The position numbers and the translations under genes are program-made. From Herpetosiphon geysericola (lineage in GTDB: Bacteria > Chloroflexota > Chloroflexia > Chloroflexales > Herpetosiphonaceae): 64,000 nt of DNA. The DNA is taken from positions 152,726-216,725 of the forward strand of contig NZ_LGKP01000040.1 of NCBI RefSeq assembly GCF_001306135.1, written 5' to 3'. Positions 58,283 through 64,000 of the stretch are shown piece by piece. Position 1 is the first letter of the stretch, and the number at the start of each line of letters is the position of its first letter. The notes under the pieces were generated by a model, which saw only the letters and a list, made by a program, of their open reading frames with translations, was not told where the DNA came from and did no database searches.

Positions 58283-59695
58283 ATGGTTTGGTTGAGGGTC
58301 GCCCTTGTTGGGCTGATGCTAGCGCTGTTGCTGGGAAGTATCCCACAAACCCAAGCTGCGAACCCAGACTCTACAGAACGAATTTTTGGCGAAGGTGAGG
58401 GAGATCCAGCAGGCGCATTTCAGGTGCTGCGGATGCATTCCATTCCCACAACAATGAATTTTGGCGATGCTGTGCGTGGGGTCGCCAGTGGCGATAGTTG
58501 GTTGGTTGGGGTTGGTCAAAACACCTTTTTGACGCTTGATGCAGGCAATCATTGGCAACAGCTTGATCCACAAGCGCTGTTTCCGGTGGCGGCAGGCGGC
58601 TTGTGCTGCCAACAAGCGTTTGCTTACGATTATGGCCGTGATCTTTTTATTTGGTTGTTGCAGTATGCGCCTGATACTCAACGCGGCTTAGTGCGGATTG
58701 CATACACCGATAGCGCAGGTTTGGCCGGACACGAATGGGAATGGTATGACGTGCCAGCGGTCCAAGGCTACACTTGGGTAGAGCCACAGCTTGAGCTAAG
58801 CGCCAACCAAATTTGGCTAGCAATGGATCGCCAAGCGATCGGCGGGGCAATCGACAGCACTTGGGTCAGTCAGATTCAAACTGATACGCTTGAAGATGAA
58901 CCAGTCTTTATGCGCAGTTATCCTTCTACAACGGAGCGGGCCTGGCACTTGGTGCGAGGCGCAAAAGATATGATGTATTTTGCAACCCACATCAATCAAA
59001 CAACCCTGCGCATGTACGCTTGGGATGAAAACCAGCCAGTTCCAACCAGTAGCGACGTAACGGTAGCAGAGTGGACAGCAGGCGCGCGGATTTGCCCAAC
59101 GCCTGATCAAGGTAACTGGTGCGCAGACGATGATGGCCGAATTCGCGCTGGCTGGGTAGCCAAAGGCACAGTCGGGTTTATGTGGAATGCTGTTTCCAGC
59201 AACACCATTACCTTTCCCTACATCGATGCAGTGCGAGTCTATGAACGTGACTTAAGCTTACTGCCATTTAGTTTAGCGCGGCCATTTATTTTCAATGCCC
59301 AAAATGGTTTTTCGCTGCCGAGTGCTGCGGTAAATGGCCGCGATGATGTGGCGGTGAGTTTTTACCATAGCAGCACCGAGCAATTTCCCACCCTTTCGAG
59401 CAGCATTTTTGATGATTTTAATGCGCCGCCCCCAGGCTGGGCCTATTACAACGTCCAAAGCAGCAGTACGACACCTCATCAACAGCAATGGGTTGGCCAA
59501 CTTGATACCCAAGTATTCGGCCCAACCAACCTTGGCTGGAGCGTGACTGGCGCGAGCTTAAATGGTTGTGCTGAGGCCCGTTGTTTGCAGCCATTTATTG
59601 CCATCTTCAGCCGTGAGCGCGATCGCCCAGCGATTGAACGCTGGCTAAGCCCGATCAGCTATGAAGTATTCAGCCCAGTTGTTCAAATAAACTAA
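58283..59695 (+). CDS. secreted hypothetical protein
   Basis: N-terminal signal peptide (LVGLMLALLLGSIPQTQAA). Confidence 0.55.
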   Translation: MVWLRVALVGLMLALLLGSIPQTQAANPDSTERIFGEGEGDPAGAFQVLRMHSIPTTMNFGDAVRGVASGDSWLVGVGQNTFLTLDAGNHWQQLDPQALFPVAAGGLCCQQAFAYDYGRDLFIWLLQYAPDTQRGLVRIAYTDSAGLAGHEWEWYDVPAVQGYTWVEPQLELSANQIWLAMDRQAIGGAIDSTWVSQIQTDTLEDEPVFMRSYPSTTERAWHLVRGAKDMMYFATHINQTTLRMYAWDENQPVPTSSDVTVAEWTAGARICPTPDQGNWCADDDGRIRAGWVAKGTVGFMWNAVSSNTITFPYIDAVRVYERDLSLLPFSLARPFIFNAQNGFSLPSAAVNGRDDVAVSFYHSSTEQFPTLSSSIFDDFNAPPPGWAYYNVQSSSTTPHQQQWVGQLDTQVFGPTNLGWSVTGASLNGCAEARCLQPFIAIFSRERDRPAIERWLSPISYEVFSPVVQIN

Positions 59696-59736
59696 AACAA
59701 CAAAAAACCACTGGTCATTCGACCAGTGGTTTGATT

Positions 59737-59812
59737 TGGTGCCACCTTCCGGGCTCGAACCGGAGACCCTACAATTTTCAGTCGTATGCTCTACCAACTG
59801 AGCTAAAGTGGC
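59737..59812 (-). tRNA. tRNA-Phe (GAA)
   Basis: Cloverleaf on the minus strand. Anticodon loop CTGAAAA. CCA encoded. Confidence 0.8.
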
Positions 59813-59814
59813 AT

Positions 59815-59890
59815 TGGTGGGTGATGAGGGACTCGAACCCCCGACCTACTCGGTGTAAACGAGACGCTCTACCAACTGAGCTAATCACCC
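59815..59890 (-). tRNA. tRNA-Val (TAC)
   Basis: Minus-strand sequence GGGTGATTAGCTCAG ... TTACAC ... CATCACCCACCA closely resembles E. coli tRNA-Val(UAC). Confidence 0.8.
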
Positions 59891-59909
59891 ATATGTATGA
59901 AGAACGAAT

Positions 59910-59996
59910 TGGTGCCCAGAGTGGGACTTGAACCCACACGAGATTGCTCCCACTACCCCCTCAAAGTAGCGCGTCTGCCAATTCCGCCACCTGGGC
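59910..59996 (-). tRNA. tRNA-Leu (GAG)
   Basis: 87 nt with long variable arm. Anticodon loop TTGAGGG. CCA encoded. Confidence 0.75.
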
Positions 59997-60135
59997 AGGT
60001 GGTTTGCAACATTTGGTTTGTGTTGCATTTCGTTATTCAATTGTTTAGTGCCGTGGTATTATAATCAGCTTTGGCATTCTTGTCAAATTTTAGCTTGCTG
60101 CGCCAAAATGCCAGAATTTAGCCCGCAAAACTAGC

Positions 60136-60567
60136 TCAATTCTCGGTTTGTTGCTTGAAGATTTCCATCCATGGTTCGGCTGATGCGAGTGGGCCAAAAC
60201 CAACTTGGGCATACAGGCCTTGGGCGTTTCTGGTGGCCAACAGCCAGCGTCGCAAGCCTTGCAACTCAGGGTAAGCCAACATGGTTTGCACCAGCCACTT
60301 GCCAAGCCCCTGGCCCCGATGTTCAGCCAAAATATAGACATCATCAATATAGGCAAAAACCGCGTAATCGGTAATGACCCGTGCCAAGCCAATTTGCTGC
60401 TGGCCGTGATAGACCCCAAAACACAACGAATGCTCAACCGAGCGAATAATGATTGCTGGATCGCGTTCGGCGGCCCAATAGGTTTGATGCAGCCCAGCAA
60501 CAATCGCCGCATAATCGAGCAATGCAGGATCGGTGCTAATTGTATAATCGCCACGTTGCCATTGCAT
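60136..60567 (-). CDS. GNAT-family N-acetyltransferase
   Basis: Acetyl-CoA motif region ILAEHRGQGLGKWLV. Start ambiguous (60567 or 60606). Confidence 0.65.
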   Translation of the reverse strand: MQWQRGDYTISTDPALLDYAAIVAGLHQTYWAAERDPAIIIRSVEHSLCFGVYHGQQQIGLARVITDYAVFAYIDDVYILAEHRGQGLGKWLVQTMLAYPELQGLRRWLLATRNAQGLYAQVGFGPLASAEPWMEIFKQQTEN

Positions 60568-60634
60568 AAACAGTGCTCCACAAAAAAACACCAGCCCCAG
60601 TTTCATTAACTGAGGCTGGTGCAAGAACGAAGAT

Positions 60635-62311
60635 CTACGGGGCGCAGCTTGGTTTGGCATTCAGCCATGGACTGAAGGTCAAGTTTACACCGACCGCATC
60701 GCCAGTGCCAGCGCCATTTTGCTCAGGGTGATAGGGACCTGAGGCATCGCCCCACCAGTTGTTGCGGGCATCAAAGCCCACATCGCCAGTTAGGCCATAG
60801 TTTTTGTGGCTTTGGAAGCTATTGCCGCTAATCAAAATCCGTGAGCCATCTAAGGTGGGGTCGGTTGATTTGATTTGCAAGCCATAAGCGCCGCCGCTAA
60901 AGTTATTGCACTGGAAGACTGCATTCAACGATTGGTTGAATTGAGCGCGAACATTCGTACCGCTATTGCCACGGAAGCTATTCTTCTCCAGCACGATTTC
61001 AACATCATCGGCGGTTGCGCTGAGGCTTACGCCAGTTGCGCCATCGCTGGCTGTGTTGTTAATCACATTGCTGAATAGGCGCAAGCTCTTACCCCCGCGC
61101 ACCTCAGCGCTAATTGGCGCATAGCCAACCACACGGCTGCGTTGCATATCGAAGTTGCCGCCGCTGATATACATGCGGCCTTGGTTTTCTTCAAAGACGC
61201 TATCTTGGATGACCGTATTGCCGCCGAGCGCTGAGATTAGCACGCCTTCGGCCCCGCCACCACGGACATCAACCCCGTTCAAATTGGCTTGACCGCCATT
61301 ATTGACCACAATCGATTTCCACAAGCTTTGGCCACTTTTGCGGAAGCGCGCGCCATTGGCATTCAAGCTGCCATCGACCACCAACGACGTATTGGCATCC
61401 ATTAACACTTCAACCCCATCGTCAATCGTCAGGGTTGCGCCTTTGGCGATGATCGTATCGCGGCGAACTTTGACTGGGCTTTGAGCGATTGACCAACGAG
61501 TATTGCCACGAATCATATCGTAGGGCAATGGGGTTGGAGTTGGCGTATTGGTTGGTGTTGCGGTTGGGCCTTCGGTTGCAGTAGCCGTTGGGGTTTCAAA
61601 TGGCTCCTCAGTGCTGCTCGGAGTTTCCAAGGAATCTTCGGTTGGCTTAGGATCGTCATCTTCCTCAGTTGGGAACGGCAATTGATCGGTTGGCAACGGG
61701 ATTGAATCAGTTGGCACAGGAATATTGGTTGGGGCTGGAGTGCTTTTTGTATCGGGAGTAGGATAATTGCTGCCAGAGCCTTGGGTTGGGGCAGTTGTAC
61801 CCCGATTGGCCGTGCTACTGGTTGGGAAAAGCGGCATTGATGTGCCACCAACTGGCAACGTTGGAAAAGGATCAATTGTTGGGGTTGGCCCATCGCCCAT
61901 TGGCGGCGGATAGGCCCCTTCAATTGTTGGGGTTGCCCGATTTGGGGCTGGAGGCCCGACTGGCCCGCCGCCTGCCACATCAGTTGCAGTTGGGCGATTG
62001 CTGGTTACTTCCGTGCTGCTAATCAGCGTTGGCGTAATTGAGCCATCAGCAGGCGCCAGCGTTGCTTGAGATAGCGTCGTTGGGCTAGAGCCAGTTGCAG
62101 GCGCTTCAATGGGCGCTTGCGAATTAAGCCCAAAAATTGCAGCCAACACAAAAAAGGTACCAGCCATAAGAATTGTCTGATACTGGCGGATTTTTTGCAT
62201 CGCACGACTTGAACGCAGGGCGCTGAGCAACTTCGCTCGTTGAGTTGGTGGGCCACTTGGTGGCAGGTTTTGCATCTCCATAGTGCGCCATGGTAGCACA
62301 GCCTGAGCCAT
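60635..62311 (-). CDS. membrane-anchored/secreted right-handed parallel beta-helix repeat protein
   Basis: N-terminal TM helix. Thr/Pro-rich linker. C-terminal NxxGxxN-type beta-helix repeats. Confidence 0.55.
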   Translation of the reverse strand: MAQAVLPWRTMEMQNLPPSGPPTQRAKLLSALRSSRAMQKIRQYQTILMAGTFFVLAAIFGLNSQAPIEAPATGSSPTTLSQATLAPADGSITPTLISSTEVTSNRPTATDVAGGGPVGPPAPNRATPTIEGAYPPPMGDGPTPTIDPFPTLPVGGTSMPLFPTSSTANRGTTAPTQGSGSNYPTPDTKSTPAPTNIPVPTDSIPLPTDQLPFPTEEDDDPKPTEDSLETPSSTEEPFETPTATATEGPTATPTNTPTPTPLPYDMIRGNTRWSIAQSPVKVRRDTIIAKGATLTIDDGVEVLMDANTSLVVDGSLNANGARFRKSGQSLWKSIVVNNGGQANLNGVDVRGGGAEGVLISALGGNTVIQDSVFEENQGRMYISGGNFDMQRSRVVGYAPISAEVRGGKSLRLFSNVINNTASDGATGVSLSATADDVEIVLEKNSFRGNSGTNVRAQFNQSLNAVFQCNNFSGGAYGLQIKSTDPTLDGSRILISGNSFQSHKNYGLTGDVGFDARNNWWGDASGPYHPEQNGAGTGDAVGVNLTFSPWLNAKPSCAP

Positions 62312-62530
62312 CGTGCAATGAAGATTGGTTAAGAAATTATACTTAGTTGCCCATTGATTATGTCTATGGTATAGTCAGTCTCTACGAGATTTAACCATCA
62401 GTTAAAGCAGCATTGACATGCGGTTTATCTTCTTTATGCAGCATGACATTCCAGAACTGAAGGTTCCGCTTTGGTTTAGCCGTCACAGTTGGTGTGAACG
62501 GCCTTTCTACATGAATCGTGGAGGATTCTG

Positions 62531-64000
62531 TGCAATTTAAGGGTTTACGACTCCTAACAGCGTTAACGATGCTGTTCACGTTGATTGGTACTTCGTTGTC
62601 CGCGACCTACACCAAGCCGACCAGTGCTGTTTCAACCTCTCTGGTTATTAGTCAATTCCAAATTGCTGGCGCTAATGCTAGCGATGAATTCATCGAACTG
62701 CATAACGTTAGTGCTAGCCCAATTGATCTGACCAACTATCGCATACTGTATCGTTCAGTTTCGGGAACTTCCGATATTTCAATTACTAGCTGGTCAACCT
62801 CAGTTGTGATTCCTGCTGGTGGTTTTTATCTCTTAACAAACAGCGGCTATGATGGCACTATTACTAGTGATCGATCATTTACAAGTGGGACTGGTTTGGC
62901 TGCTGCTGGTGGCGGGATCGCCATTTTTAACGGCACTACCAAAATTGATTCAGTTGGCTTTGGCACCAATGCTACCAACACCTTTGTTGAAGGCACACCT
63001 ACTGATGTGCCTTCAGCCAACAATAGCTACCAACGCAATAATTCAAGCTGTGCTGATACCGACAACAACGCTGCTGATTTCAGCTTGTTGACTCCCTCAG
63101 CACCACGCAATAGCAGCAGCCCAGCCGCAACCTGTGGTGGCTCACCTGTTGATAACGCACCAACCGTTGCCAGCACTGTGCCAGCCAACGCTGCCAACAA
63201 TGTTGCATTGAACGCCAACGTGACGATCACGTTCAGCGAACCAGTCACCACTACTGGCACATGGTACACCATCAGCTGCACCAGTGGCACCCGCACCGCG
63301 ACCGTTACTGGCGGCCCAACCAGCTATGTGCTTGATCCAAGCAGCGATTTTGATGCTAGCGATGCTTGTACGGTGACGGTTGTTGCTAGCCAAGTAACCG
63401 ATCGCGATGGCACGCCTGATCAACTGGCCCAAGACTACAGCTTCAGCTTCAACACTGCGAGCGGGGTTGCTTGTGTCGGCGGCACGGTTACGCCAATCGG
63501 CCAAGTGCAAGGCACTAGCGAAACCACCCCAGCGAATGGTACGGTTGTAACCGTTCAAGGCACCGTTGTTGCCGATTATGAAGGTGCTCAACCAGCCTTG
63601 CGCGGTTTCTACCTGCAAGATGCTGGCGATAACAACCCAGCCACCTCGGATGGTATTTTCGTGTTCAACGGTGGCACTGACCAAGTTGCCTTAGGTCAAG
63701 TCGTCCGCGTTACTGGTACTGCTGGTGAAAACCAAGGCCAAACCCAATTGAGCGGCAGCTTGACGGTTGAGCTTTGTGGCACAACCAACATAGTTACCCC
63801 AACTCAGGTGAACTTGCCATTCGCCTCAGCGACCGAAGCCGAGCGCTACGAAGGCATGGCCGTTCAGTTCAACCAAAAACTGGTTGTTTCAGAGCACTAC
63901 TTGTTGGCCCGCTTCGGCCAAGTTACCTTGTCGCTCAACGAACGCTTGATGCAACCAACCAATGTGGTTTCACCAGGTGCGCCAGCTTTGGCCTTGCAAG
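62531..64000 (+). CDS. secreted lamin-tail-domain protein, ExeM/NucH-type extracellular nuclease family (3' truncated by window)
   Basis: RBS GGAGGA before the GTG at 62531. Signal peptide. LTD motif FIELHN. Ig-like T/S-rich modules. Frame stays open to the window end. Confidence 0.5.

Noticed and set aside
1-64000. rRNA genes, transposases/IS elements
   Set aside because: No sequence with rRNA-like conservation and no DDE or serine-recombinase transposase motifs were seen in any frame.

Overview
The window has two parts. Positions 1-33506 are an integrated mobile element and 33528-64000 are host chromosome.

The element is flanked on the right by a 46-nt duplicate of the 3' half of tRNA-Asn, which sits 21 bp upstream of an intact tRNA-Asn(GTT) gene, a typical tRNA-targeted att arrangement. 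Its left part (1-17950, + strand, about 58-60% GC) is a siphovirus-type late region in this order:
- late promoter plus terminator
- lysis cassette (two single-TM proteins and an Amidase_2 endolysin)
- small and large terminase
- portal, scaffold, major capsid, connector and tail proteins
- tail-assembly chaperone with a candidate frameshift extension
- 1143-aa tape measure
- two distal tail proteins

Its right part (21900-32539, - strand) resembles an actinomycete-type integrative conjugative/replicative module. In map order from right to left these are: tyrosine integrase, DUF3987-like helicase, an iteron-rich putative origin, CHC2/Toprim primase, ParM actin-like ATPase, FtsK/SpoIIIE-family translocase with small membrane proteins, and a wHTH replication-relaxation-like protein.

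Four strongly AT-rich (about 30% GC) genes sit in or near this GC-rich DNA as apparent morons:
- a 5'-truncated ORF at the window edge
- a 1077-aa fused Type IIG (MmeI-like) restriction-modification enzyme
- a 7-TM membrane protein
- an OLD-family ABC-ATPase/Toprim nuclease, in the host part, inserted 12 nt upstream of a NUDIX gene

The host part encodes an EamA transporter, a PT-repeat secreted protein, MerR, proB-phosphatase-proA, secA, NUDIX, TetR, an NmrA-like protein, a rhodanese, a Rieske ferredoxin, and a sufR-sufCD-(GxxExxY)-sufS-sufU-sufB operon. It also carries a tRNA-Phe/Val/Leu cluster, a GNAT acetyltransferase, a beta-helix secreted protein and the start of an ExeM/NucH-like extracellular nuclease. 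Host intergenic regions are filled with a family of short repeated words (CACGAAG, TTTTTAGCCACAGATTGCACAGATT, CTTCTGACTT, CATCCTTCATCC, CTATGTTCT). No CRISPR array, rRNA or transposase was seen. All identifications are from motif-level reading of the translations. No database search was possible.
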